A stretch of 64,000 nt of DNA from Octopus vulgaris (lineage: Eukaryota). Made by a program: the position numbers and the translations under genes. The notes beneath the pieces were generated by a model. It made no database searches and had not been told where the DNA came from. It worked only from the letters and a program-made list of their open reading frames with translations. The stretch covers positions 56,234,001-56,298,000 of the forward strand of contig OX597816.1 of the NCBI GenBank assembly GCA_951406725.2, in the 5' to 3' direction. Shown here in pieces: positions 39,301 to 51,480 of this stretch; positions within the stretch are counted from its first letter, which is position 1; each line of letters opens with the position of its first letter.

Positions 39301-39669
39301 TATGAAAAAAGAAAACAATTCGAATTATTTCTATTGCTACGCCATCGTGTATTATTTCAGATAATGGCATTGTTTAGCTACGAATAGGATGTAGTTGTAT
39401 ATTTCACAACTACGGTGACATAACTTCTGCTACTGAATTTGACATTTAAAGGCATCATTCACCAATATCTGCACGAGAACCTTTCGTTCTAAAGTCTCCC
39501 ACCATAAACCTCCACTACAGTCAGTGTTTATGAGGTTCTCTCCAATCCACTTCCTGTAATCCCTCGGATAATCCAGGATTTCGATGAAGATCCTCCAAAC
39601 AATTTCTTTCTCATTTTAACGGTTAACGGTCTTTGACTTCCACAAAACACAAAAATAGCATATTTTTCT

Positions 39670-39915
39670 GAGCCCCAGGAATCAGAGAGCCAGTGGCCCG
39701 GCTTCTATGGCGTACAAGTATCCAAGATCACGCCATTTCCCTTGAATAGAACGCCAATCTGTCGCAGGATTACACATTCACGGCTGAATGGACTGGAACA
39801 ATGTCAAACGAAGAGTTTGGCTCAAGAACACAACGCACCAGTCCGTCTGAGAATCGAAACCTTGATCTTTCGATCGCGAGCGCAACGCTCTACCTACTTG
39901 GTCATTCACTCTCAC
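39670..39915 (-). mobile_element. Diverged SINE family C-related copy
   Basis: ggctgaatggactgga..gctcaagaacacaacgc..gaatcgaaacc. Confidence 0.7.
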
Positions 39916-40172
39916 AAGGCATATGATAATAATCAACCTTCCTTATTCCTTATTCTTCCGCACACTTGTATCACTAACATGTAGCCAAAATGCCACATGT
40001 TATTTCTGCTCTGCCTCTGTAAATCTTAAAGAGCCTCGTTTAATGTGGATATAACAAACTATTCTCCATGCATGGCAACCAACGCTGATCGCTTCATTCA
40101 GCTATATACCATTTCGTTTTTGGATTTGGTTTGCAAGATTCTTTATGTGGGTTCGTGTATTGAAGCATATTC

Positions 40173-40310
40173 TGTTGTGTCTGGGGAGAGTCATTCTCCT
40201 TTGGTGCCTTATAATTTAACACACTCACCGGTAAAATAAGTGGAAATTTTTCCGGTAAGTGTGTTAAATTATAAGGCACTAAAAGAGAAAGACTCTCTTC
40301 AGACACAACA
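40173..40310. mobile_element. Palindromic MITE-like element
   Basis: ~62-bp imperfect inverted arms (TGTTGTGTCTG..GTGCCTTATAATTTAACACAC..CCGG) around a short loop. Confidence 0.8.
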
Positions 40311-40534
40311 TGTATATACCAAATTATTTCAAAATATTGTTAATGACTTTAATGGCTTCTAATTAAGTAGAACAAGGCCAGCAATTCTGACGAGAGAGAG
40401 ATAAACAATACTATCGGCCGAACTAGTACTTTATTCTATATCGACATTAATGTCTAATTAAAGTGCATATAGATACTAGTAATTAGTTTAATGATGATAT
40501 ATTTTTTTTAATTATTACCCTGTAAAATAATATT

Positions 40535-40748
40535 GGATTCAAATTTTGGCACTAAGTCGGCAGTTTCAGAAGAGATATAGTCAATTACATCGACCCCAGT
40601 ATTTAACTGGTACTTGCTTTATTGACCCTGGAAGGGTGAAAGGTAAAGTCGACCTCGGTGGAATTTGAACCCATAACGTAAAAACGGACGAAATGCCGCT
40701 AAGCGTTTTTTTCCCATGTGCTAACGATTCTGCCATTTAGACACCTTA
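40535..40748 (-). mobile_element. SINE family B variant
   Basis: Core homology. Confidence 0.85.
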
Positions 40749-41296
40749 ATGATAACAATAATATTGACAATGGCTTCTGAAAATTTTGGGTTCCTCTACA
40801 AAATAAGGAACTACTTCAACCCTAATTCATTGCCAACATTTGGCAAAGCAAGGGTAAGGCGCACATTCGAGTGGTTCTCACAAAGCCCAAAATTCTGAGT
40901 AATTTATAATAGAGAAAAATAACCACGTAACCGAGAGTTGTTATTGTATCAAAAGTAGGTGGGATTTGGACTTGAAACGTCGTGGAAAGAGACTAAACAA
41001 TTTCAGGAATTTAGTCTGAGAATCTACCGCTTATCCGCCTCCGCCCCTACTCTCACTTCTGTCGGCCTTCATTAAAGCATTATTACAAAATATTCTAACA
41101 GAGATATTTGTGTCTGGTAAAGGGAAGCTAAATAGGAAAGAAATAGTTTGAAGAAATTAAAAATAATTGAAAAATTCTCAAACTAGTTCAAGGTTCAACA
41201 TTTCTCCGGAGAAAACCAAAACAGTTTTCTCTTCTGGTCAAAATATGGTTGGGAAAAACAGTTCTTTCTTTATCACTCCCTCCATCTCCTTTCCCC

Positions 41297-41349
<53 letters not shown>

Positions 41350-42522
41350 TCTCTTATATATATAAGTCTGTTTACATAGTTGATGTATTTTTTATTTATA
41401 TTACAGAAATATAATTATCGCTTCGTAATATTATTTCTTTTCATAGTCTCTTTATATTAAAAACGTATTATCGGAGAATTTGATATTTTTATCTGTCAAA
41501 ATGATAAATGCAAAATGATAAATAATATATTTTCGATTTCTTAACAAACCACCACGATGATGATGTACACAATGTCATCAAAACTATTTCTACGCTGAAA
41601 TATTATGTCTAGTTTTATTAGCTTCCAAATAACTTTAGTTATAATTATATATGTCTGCTCACATAACAAAACATTAATAAAATTTTTTTCCTAAACGGTT
41701 ATTACAAAATAAGGAAAATAATGATACAATCTGTACACATTCACAGAAGCGGAACGAAATTTCTTGTTTAAGACATTAAACTAAATGCAGAAATAACAAG
41801 AGCGAAACAAGACCACTAAGATTAGCTGCCATAGATCTATCGAAGCGTAGAATATTATGAAATTGTTAGAACCATTTGGGAGTCATAACCGCCCTCGCCT
41901 TGCCATAAATTTTTGTTTTAATTATAACATATGTAGATAGGCTTACCAATCTGTCTGCAGAGTTGAAGGAAGATTTCAATTCTTGCCGTTAGTTGTCTAA
42001 CATATTATTTGGTATTGATTTTCGTTTCATCGTGTTTCATGTTAACTGTATTATTATTGTTGTATATATACATGTGTATACTTTATAAACATGTACGCAG
42101 ACGATGACTTCGTTTTCTATCTTTTAAAATCCACAACGGACACTGTGAGCAGCGATTCCATTAATGTCTGGTAATTATAACTGTTTGTATCGCTGATGTT
42201 GGTCTTGTAGACTCCATTATTACCGCTGACCGGCTTGACCATATCACTGAATGATGACGTATATTTCTTCTTACACACATCTATGTACTTAGTAGCAGCT
42301 AAGTTTCACTTCAAATACCAGCTCACATACCTCAACAGGTTTACCGCATATCAGGTAACTAGACTTGTGTCTTTGTTCGGGCGAAATACTGCTTTCGGTT
42401 CCTGTTTGAACAGAAGAGAAACGAATAATTTTAGAAAGTAGAATCATAAAGAATAAAGCATCACTAATACAGGATTAATAATAATCCTAAGAATAACAAA
42501 TACCAATATAAAACTAATAACG

Positions 42523-42732
42523 GTTTCACATTTTGGCACAAGGCCAGCAATTTTTTATGGTATGGGGTGGATAAGTCGATTACATTGACCCCAGCACTCA
42601 AGTGGTATTTATTTTGTCGATCTCGAAGGCAAAGTCAACCGTGGCGGAATTTGAACCGAGAACGTAAAGACGCATAAAATGTTGCTCAGCATTTTGCCCG
42701 GCGCAGCAACGATTCTTCCCGCTCGACACCTT
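42523..42732 (-). mobile_element. SINE family B variant
   Basis: Core homology. Confidence 0.85.
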
Positions 42733-43351
42733 CATTACAGAATCAAAAATAACCGTAACACATACCAAGAATGCAATACGCCTCTCGGTCGAAGCCTGAC
42801 GAGTTTCACTGTATAGCAAAGTGCACCGACGTTTAATGTGTTGCGGTGGTTGTTTTGCTGTTGTTTGTGTTGCTTTAGGAATAGTTTTGCTTGGGAAATG
42901 TTTAAGACTATTTGGAGACTGAGAGGGCACACCTACACACACACACAGCCGACTTTGTTTCCTCATGCCTTCCAGAAAAATGAATATTTTTAAATGAAAT
43001 TTTCTAAGAATACCTTTCCGAGTATAAGGAATTTACTATGAAAAAAACTTGCAGGGCTCGCGCACATACATACTGATACACATCACATAGAACTTGAAAG
43101 TTCCCTAAAAAATTGTACTTTGTGACAGTAAGTATGTGTGTATGTGTGTGCTCACTATTTCTCTTTCCACATCATATTCCGACATAATCATAATTTCCAA
43201 ACTCTGAAAGATGTTTGTAGAAAATTTCAGTAACAAATAACTATTTTCCATAAATTTATGAGGAAACAAAGAAACTCGAGTGAGTTTTCTAAAACACTTC
43301 TCCCCATCCTCTGAATATATTTTTCACAACAAATTCCGATATTATTTACAC

Positions 43352-43614
43352 GGGCATATGGCGTAGTGGTTAAGAGCGCGGGCTACTAACCACAAGATTC
43401 CGAGTTCGATTCCAGGCAGTCACCTGAATGATAATAATTATAATAATATCGAAAAATACCTTTCGAACCCAGGTTCGAAATTTCTCCAAGACACCTGATG
43501 AAGGTTGGAGGGTATATAATAGCTGAAACGTTGTTAACAACAAACAAGATGAGGACAAATATCCGTAAAATGGTAAATAATGTAAATAATTCCTGATCTC
43601 TTAAATATAGAACT
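43352..43614 (+). mobile_element. tRNA-headed SINE ending in a hammerhead-type module
   Basis: A box TGGCGTAGTGG (43359), B box GAGTTCGATTCC (43402), (TAA)n spacer, AC-CTGATGA-A-GGTTG..TAGCT-GAAA-CG-TT-GT at 43493-43534, tandem gtaaataat tail. Confidence 0.75.
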
Positions 43615-44380
43615 AAAATTCCAATATAATCAGAATCACACCATTTAAAGCGCATTTGTATGAAATGTTATTAAAAAATCTCCATTTTTCTGGAAGTTAT
43701 GAGGAAACAAAGTCTGTAGGGTGAAAGGGAACACACTTATATAGGTATTCCGACTGGGAAGATTGTGCAGAGAATGTTTGGTGTAGTTCGTGTTGTAGTA
43801 TTGGGTGGTTGTTGTGAAGAGTACAATGTACTGTGAGTTTTGTTGTAGTATAAAGAAAGTGATTGTGTCTGTTGTATGACATTTAGTCGCGACCAAAGAC
43901 TTTTAGTCTGCGATTCTAGTAATAAACGAAGGAACCGGTTCTGTTGATATTAGCCTTTATTTCTGATACTTGTACTGATAATTGTTTAAGTCAATTAACA
44001 AAATAATAATTGCAGGTAAATTAATTAAACAGCACTAAAGTTAATGACGAAATGTCAATGGAGATAATTAAAAGCCTAGACAAAAACAAAACAAACGGAG
44101 AGTTGTATGGCACAGAGGAGAGTATGGTGCGGGTGGGAGTTGGGGTGGGAAATGGTAATCAGTGGAAAATAAAAAGAAAAAAAAAGATCGAATTATGTTG
44201 ATTGAATTTCTAATGAGAGATTAAGCGTACACGTGCATAATAAAGTTAATTAAACAACACGAAGAACAGTAACCATAGCAACGTAAACCAACACAAAGAA
44301 AGGACGGAAAACGAAATACTGGACCACGTGAAGCACGCATCTGATCAAGACACTTTTAATATACCAAACACATACAATCC

Positions 44381-44414
<34 letters not shown>

Positions 44415-44716
44415 CAAACACATTCGTATCAAACGTGATGGGGAGAAACTATACGCGTTCACTCGACCTGCTAGAAATGGCAGTCATATATCTCCCATAT
44501 GACTGTCTTACAATAGGCAAGACTAATTTAATAATCTAGTCTGAGATAAACTAAGACGTAGTGGTCACGGCAGGAACATTTGTGACCATGTGTTTGCTTG
44601 ATCAGATTTGGGGTGGATGGGGGTTAAGCAGCAGTTTGCGCGGATATACCCACAAGGGGTGTATGCATGTATGTGTGTGTGTATGAATGTGGATGCATGT
44701 GTGCATTTCTGTTTGT

Positions 44717-44778
<62 letters not shown>

Positions 44779-45492
44779 TTATTCAAGAAACTAGATTCAC
44801 AAACAGAGCTTCAGATAAACAGTAAATTTTTTTTTAGATTTCGCCCAACAAAGTAGCTCAATTTTCGCTACTTTCTACCCTCCTGGGGTTAATATGTCTT
44901 CTTTATTTTCATTCAATAAGATTAAAGAAGAACCGCTTCAGCTAAATTAATTACAATCCACCGGTTTAACGCTACGAATAACAACATTTGAAGCAACCCC
45001 AATCCGAAACCCCGCAACTCGTCTCTCCTCTTGCCACACCAACTTATTTTAATAAGAAAATGGAAATCTTTTTTTTCCCCTTTCCTCCTTCTTTATTTAT
45101 TTAATTCAACAACTTAGAGGAGCGGAAATATTTTCTATATTTGAAGGTCACATTTAATTAAGTGAAATCTAATAAAACCGTATAAGTCTGAAAAAAATTG
45201 CATTAAATATACGAGAAAACAGAAACACGTTTATTGTGAAATATAATTATAATGATTCAAAGCATAAAAATATAAATAACATTTTTGACTATATTTAAAA
45301 AATAAAATTTCTCATCATTAAAGTAATATTATTTTCTGGAATTGATAAAATGTATTTATTCTGAAGATTAAGTTGACTGGGACTTCGAGTTTTACCTAAC
45401 GGCTTGTTTGTTTAGGCAAATTCCACGCTTCTTCCAGAAGACACTAAGGACTTACTTATGTGTATGTGTGTGTGGGGGGTGTAGATAGATAC

Positions 45493-45565
<73 letters not shown>

Positions 45566-45600
45566 GAAATAAATAAATAAATAAATAAATAAATAAATGA

Positions 45601-46263
45601 CTGTGTGTAGGGGGGGATCAGGTCCGTTGTGAGTTCTCTCATGAGTTTTACTGGTAACATGGAATTCATTACAACCTGTTGCATGGACGGGTTATCGGCG
45701 ACTAAACCGGCACCCCTGCTAAGCTTGCCTGATGAGAAGGGTTACTACAAACCCAGCAGGACTAAAAACAAGAATCCCTAAGAAGGAAGGACGAATCTCG
45801 TTTATGTTCAGCAACTATCTAGCACTAGTGCAGGCCCTAAGAAATTCTGAGTTGGTGACCGGTGCGATGGAAGACCACTAGGAGTGAGACACTTTCAGCT
45901 TTTGTTAAAACATGCCTCTAAGAGCAGTTTACTCTGATATAAAACCAGATATGCAAGAAAGGCAATGAACATTTCGGGAGTCTTTTGATTGCACTTGAGA
46001 ATATGGCGCTCCCACATCCATGATACTGCGACCCATATACGCACTTGGTATTGTCTATGGATCATGCCCATGGTCCTGAAATTTTGAATTGTGCAATGCC
46101 CGGCGAGGCGACTTTCCGATAACCGGTCGCGAGGAGGACGCTGCAGTGAATATCGAAGCCCGGGACGCGAACCCAGGTGAAGCCGACCGCGGGTGCAAGT
46201 ACTGCTGACCATTCGCATGGGTTTCTCCAATGATGGTTTTCCTTGTCCATTAGAACACAACCG

Positions 46264-46265
<2 letters not shown>
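45601..46265 (+). mobile_element. GC-richer interspersed element, possibly an internally deleted RTE-type retroposon
   Basis: Bounded by microsatellites; 5' part ggcgactaaaccggcaccc and 3' part gatggttttccttgtcc resemble RTE UTRs; no ORF. Confidence 0.4.
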
Positions 46266-46299
<34 letters not shown>

Positions 46300-46495
46300 T
46301 TTTCCTCTAGTTTTCCGCTGGTATTGCCTCCTTTGAAATTATAAATTGGAACTTAGCTCAATTAGAACACTTTAATTTTAGCCTGTTTCTGAGCAATGTT
46401 AAAGTTAACAATCTCTACATAAAATTGTATAAATTACATATATATATATATATATCTATATATATATATATAACGCCACTCATCCTCTTCCAATT

Positions 46496-46540
<45 letters not shown>

Positions 46541-46545
<5 letters not shown>

Positions 46546-46829
46546 GTTCCGGGTTCATTCCCACTCTGTGGCACCTTGGGTAAGTGTCTTCTACTATAGC
46601 CTCGGGTCGTCCAAAACCTTGTGAGTAGATTTGATAGACGGTAAATGAAAAATGCCCGTCGAATATATGTACATATTTGTGTATGTGTGTGTGACTGTGT
46701 TAGGCCCCCCACCATCACTTGACAACCAATGCTGGTGTGTTTACGTCCCTGTGATTTAGCTGCTCGGCAAAAGAGACCGATAGAATAAGTACTAGGCTTA
46801 CAAAGACTAAGTCCTGGGGTTGATATCTT

Positions 46830-46830
<1 letters not shown>
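46541..46830 (+). mobile_element. SINE family A, truncated at both ends by (TA)n
   Basis: Family homology. Confidence 0.85.
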
Positions 46831-46883
<53 letters not shown>

Positions 46884-46886
<3 letters not shown>

Positions 46887-47080
46887 GGCTGGCCAGAGTG
46901 GCGCAATCTCGAGTATAAGCAGTCGAAATTGCAAAGATAATCTGGAACTCGACTGTAGAAAGACAACTCCGAATGACTCGTCCTTGTTTTCTATGTATCG
47001 TCTATCTGGATGTTTTGTCGTCCCCTTCTTTGTAGCACCTAACTGACTGGATGTTTTGCGTTCTTGTTCCTTTTTGTATC
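46884..47080 (+). mobile_element. TA-flanked short element with a degenerate HHR-like core
   Basis: CTGTAGA-A-AGA-CAAC-TCC-GAAT at 46953-46974 and a T-rich tail in the style of P1/P2. Confidence 0.45.
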
Positions 47081-47097
47081 ATATACATATATATAAG

Positions 47098-48446
47098 AAA
47101 CCGGAATTTTGCAATATTATTCTCTTAGTTTTCCATGTATATATTTTTACCGCCTTGAAATTATTCTCCTTAAAGGAAAACGTTTTGCAGATGTGGAAGA
47201 GGTGAAGAAAGAAACGTTAGAAGGCCTGGACTGCTTCGAATTGTAGAAAGCGCGTCTGGACTGATGCATTGTTTCATTTGAAGCAATGCATCGGTTCAGG
47301 TGAAATGATGCCTTTTAACGCCCCCGTCGTTTCCTTCTTCACCTCTTTCACATCTGCAAAACGTTTTCCTTTAAGGACTTTTTTCATTCGTGGGGAACAA
47401 AAAAAAACAGTCGCAAGGAGCAAGATCGGGTAAGTAGGGGGGGGGGAGGAGTCAAGCCATTTTTGGTCAAGAACTGTCTCACACACAAAGCGGTGTGCAC
47501 ATGTGCATTGTCAGGATAAAGCTACCACTCTCCACTTTGCCACAAGTCGGGGCGTTTTCCTCTCACCGCGTCTCGCAAATATTTCAGAACTGCCAAGTGA
47601 AATGTCTGGTTAACAATTTGACCAGGAGGAACAAATTCTCTGGGGACAATTCCTTTCGCGTCCATGAAACAAATTAACATCGTCTTGACATTGGACTTCA
47701 CTTGGTTTACTTTTTGGGAGCGTGGTGACATCGAATACTTCCGTTGACTTGATTGCTGCTTTGTTTCCGGGTCGCAACAGTAGCTCCACCTTTCGTCACC
47801 AGTGATGACCTTCGAAAAAGAGGTCCAGATCAACTTCCAACTGTTCTTTTAATTCACAACACGCATTCAATCGTGACGGCTTTTGATCTTCCCTGAGCAA
47901 GCGAGGCACAAATTTTGCAGCAACTCTTTCCATTCGCAATTCCTCGCTCAAAATTTGTTGGCAGGAGTTCCAGAACACACCAGTCATACCAACAAGTTCT
48001 TCAATTCCTCGGTGACGGTCCTCCAAGATCACTTCATGAAATTTCATGATGTTTTCACTCGCTCGGAAGATCGATTGTCGTCCTGAACGAGGTTGGTCTT
48101 CAAGCGACAAGTGACCATTTCTAATGCGTGAAAACCATTCGCAAACTTGTGGTTTTGCTCATGGCAGAATCCTTGTAAGCTGTTTGAAGCATGACAACTG
48201 TTTCACCCACCGTTTTCCGCAGCAGAAAATAGAATTTTACGGAAACGCGCTGTCCCTTCGTTTCAGCCATCGCAAAAATCGACGAACAAGAGACAGCACT
48301 GCAAAACAAAGACGCACCACGTGGCAGTACCACATCGCCTAACGATGCCTGGGGGTTGCATCAAATGGCTTCAAGCAGCGGAAGCCTGAACTACAACGGG
48401 CTTGTCCCACAGAGAACGTTTCTGGTTACTTTTGGATACCTCCTCG
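47098..48446 (-). mobile_element. Decayed mariner (irritans-like) transposon
   Basis: QRVSVKFYF, AKFVPRLL, ITGDERW..DPETKQQS, LKGKRFAD; terminal CGAGGAGGTATCCAAAAGTAACCAGAA next to TA; opposite TIR is only a remnant. Confidence 0.9.
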
Positions 48447-49122
48447 TATCTATAATCTTTAAAGCAGACACACTGGACAATGTAGTCTGCGGTACATTAT
48501 GCCGCAGATACAGGTTCAGGATTGACTTGAGGCTAAGCAACAACAGCAACAACGATTAAAAGCTTCCATGTGGTTGCTCAAAATGGTAGCCATAGAAACC
48601 AGATGGCCTTCAATTATTCCCGCCGTGAGAGAGTTATTCCTAGATAAACATTACCTGATAAATAAAAGACTGTATCGTAAACAATTACACTTTGATCGTA
48701 GGTATGATCAATCAGGACCAACTTACCGCTAAAACACACAACCACTACCGCTACCATCGACACCACCGCCAACAACAACAACACCCAAGTATTTTCCTCT
48801 TAAAGAAACATTACAACAAAGACAGTAAGTAAATTGCTTGAAACATATCTTTCAGAGAAATATCTAAGAATAATTAAAGATAGTCGCATAGGGACAAGAA
48901 TATTTGTGACTCATTACTAATACAGATGTGTAGAATTATATTTAGCACGTTTGTGTACATTCGGACGTGAAAAGACTTACGCTGCGGAAATTTTCTCTGG
49001 AGCGAAATTTTCTTTATAGAAAATGCTTGCGAAAAACATTCCTCTGGACCATGAATGACGTCATCGGACCATGGGACACATGTTTTATGCGTTGTGACGT
49101 TTCTTCGGCTAACTAGCAATCC

Positions 49123-49430
49123 GTCGGTTACGGCGACGAGGGTTCTGTTTGATCCGATCAACGGAACAACCTGCCCGTGAAATTAACGTGCAAGTGGCTG
49201 AGCACTCCACAGACACGAGTAATCTTAACGTAGGTCTGAGAGAGGTTCAACGCGGCACAGAATGTGACAAAGCTGGCCCTTTGAAATACAGGTACTACTC
49301 ATTTTTGCCGCTTGAGTGGACTGGATCAGCGTCTAATAAAGTGCCTTGCTTAAGCACACAAAGCGTCACGAGGAATCGAACTCACGACCTTACGACCGTG
49401 AACCGAACACCCTGACCCCTAAGCCACCCT
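49123..49430 (-). mobile_element. SINE family C variant
   Basis: tRNA head gagttcgattcc; tail ctcgtcgccgtaaccgacgg. Confidence 0.85.
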
Positions 49431-49902
49431 TCGTTGGCTACAGACACCAAATCTGTTATTCATAACCCCCCAAGAACTTCCGTTCCATGGCCCAGAACTT
49501 TGTTCTTCACACACAGTCTAAAAGAAGAATTTCTCTCCAGAGACAGATTTTACAGCGGATGTGTTTCCACGCCTTAGTGTACACGAATGTATTAAATATA
49601 ATTATACACGCCTATATTTCAATCATCGCTGCTCAGTGCGTTTCTAATTAATCATTTACCAATATTTCAGAATGGTACCAATCCCATCACCTGTTGTTCT
49701 GATGTAATAAATTCGATCTTTCGAAATATTATTTTTGGATAAATTAATTAAATAACCTTATTTCTTGAATCAATCCAATTAAACGTTTAGAAGCTCTAGA
49801 TTACTTTTTCTAAGTTATGCCCAAATAGTTTGCTTCCATTTCTGAGATCAAAATTAATTTATCAATGACGTAGTCTTTAGCAGGTGTTGTTGTTGTTGCT
49901 AT

Positions 49903-50156
49903 GTGCATGGCTTAGTAGTTACGGGTATTCGGTTCACGATCGTAACGTCAAGAGTTCCATTCCCTGCGGCGCGTTGTGCCCTTATGTAAGACACATCATT
50001 TCAGTCCACTCAGCTGGCAAAAATGAGTTGTACCTGTAATTCACGTTGGGTACACGTTTCATTGGAGAGCTCACTCACTTGCACGTTCATTTCATGAGCA
50101 GGCTGTTCCGTATATTGGATCAACTGGAACAACACTCGACGTCATAACCGACGGAG

Positions 50157-50158
<2 letters not shown>
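49903..50158 (+). mobile_element. SINE family C variant
   Basis: Homologous to 49123-49430 in the opposite orientation. Confidence 0.85.
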
Positions 50159-50237
<79 letters not shown>

Positions 50238-50238
50238 T

Positions 50239-50733
50239 TTGACTTTTGCTTTACATTTGCACAAGCTAGCTCCAAGTCTCACCCAGGGACCTCAAGAGAC
50301 AACAAGTTGGAAGTTAATGTTGGTGTTATGCCTAGGGTGCCATATATTTGGTTTTGTACTTAGTGTTGTACTAGTGAATGCCTAAAAAAACATACGAAAA
50401 TTATATTTGTTTTAAAACTTGAGATTACAAAGAAAGTATTTTGCGTAGGATATGAGCAGTTCCCATGAGCACTATCTTTTGATTTTCTGCCATTTTGGGG
50501 TTTCCTGGTATCTGAGTTAGGTAGCAATCAGCCCCTTTTGCTATCATTCCCAGGGCACCTATGACAACAGGTATTGTTTTAGTCTTCAGGTTCCACATTT
50601 TGCTGATTTCTATTTCCAGATCTCTATATTTGCTCAGTTTCTGGTAGGTCTTGACAGATACGTTTATATCGATTGGGACAGTCATATCAATGAGGAGGCA
50701 TGTTTTTTGTCTGAAATCTTTTAATATGATGTC

Positions 50734-50735
<2 letters not shown>
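50239..50735 (-). mobile_element. Dong/R4-type LINE 3' end (REL endonuclease plus UTR) in (TAA)n
   Basis: CLLIDMTVP..KLSKYRDLEIEISKMW..IPVVIGALG; (TTA)n on both sides. Confidence 0.9.
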
Positions 50736-50765
<30 letters not shown>

Positions 50766-50766
<1 letters not shown>

Positions 50767-51480
50767 TCAGTAGTCTTATTTTTATCGCGTGCTTTCACTT
50801 CACTACCGAGCGCAGCTCTGTGTGCCTTGGGTATGTGATGTGGTTTGTTGTGATGCTGTTATTCTCACTCTATTGAAAGTGTTTTACGTAGGATGTGTGC
50901 GGTGCCTAGTTGTGCTGTTTTCTGTATGTTATATATACTTGTAAGTATATTTGTCTGAATATTTTTTATCATACCTAATGTGCCTACTATGATAGGAATT
51001 ATTTCTGTTTTTAGATTCCACATTCGAGTTACCTCTATTTCCAGATCTTTGTATTTTGAAAGTTTCTCCATTTCTTTTAGAGAAACGTTGTTATCTGTTG
51101 TTAATGATACATCAATTAGAATGCATTTTTTTTTTCTTCATGATCTCTGAGAACTATATCTGGCCTATTGGCCTTAATTTCTCCGTCTGTGTGTATTGGT
51201 ATATCCCAGAATATGGTTGCTTTCTTGTTTTCTGTGACCTTTTCTGGCGTGTGCCTACGCTGTTGCTATTCCATAGTGTTGGCATAGCCTCCAGTGTATA
51301 TAGATCCTAAACCTGTCGTGTCTGTGAATATATTCCTTCTTAGCCAGGACTGGGCAGCCAAAGACAATATGATTTATTGCTTCTTCTCCATCACCATATA
51401 CTCTGCAGTTACTTGTATTTTATCATTATTATCATTTTTCAATTGTTTCCATTTCTTGCCGAGTATCTTCCTGATACCTA
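50766..51480 (-). mobile_element. Second Dong/R4-type LINE 3' fragment
   Basis: CPVLAKKEYIHRHD, ANRPDIV, EKLSKYKDLEIEV..IPIIVGTLG. Confidence 0.88.

Noticed and set aside
43352-43425. Functional tRNA gene
   Set aside because: Acceptor and anticodon stems pair poorly and there is no adjacent oligo-T terminator; better read as a SINE head
45729-45800. CTGATGAG hammerhead-like start
   Set aside because: No helix II-GAAA partner downstream
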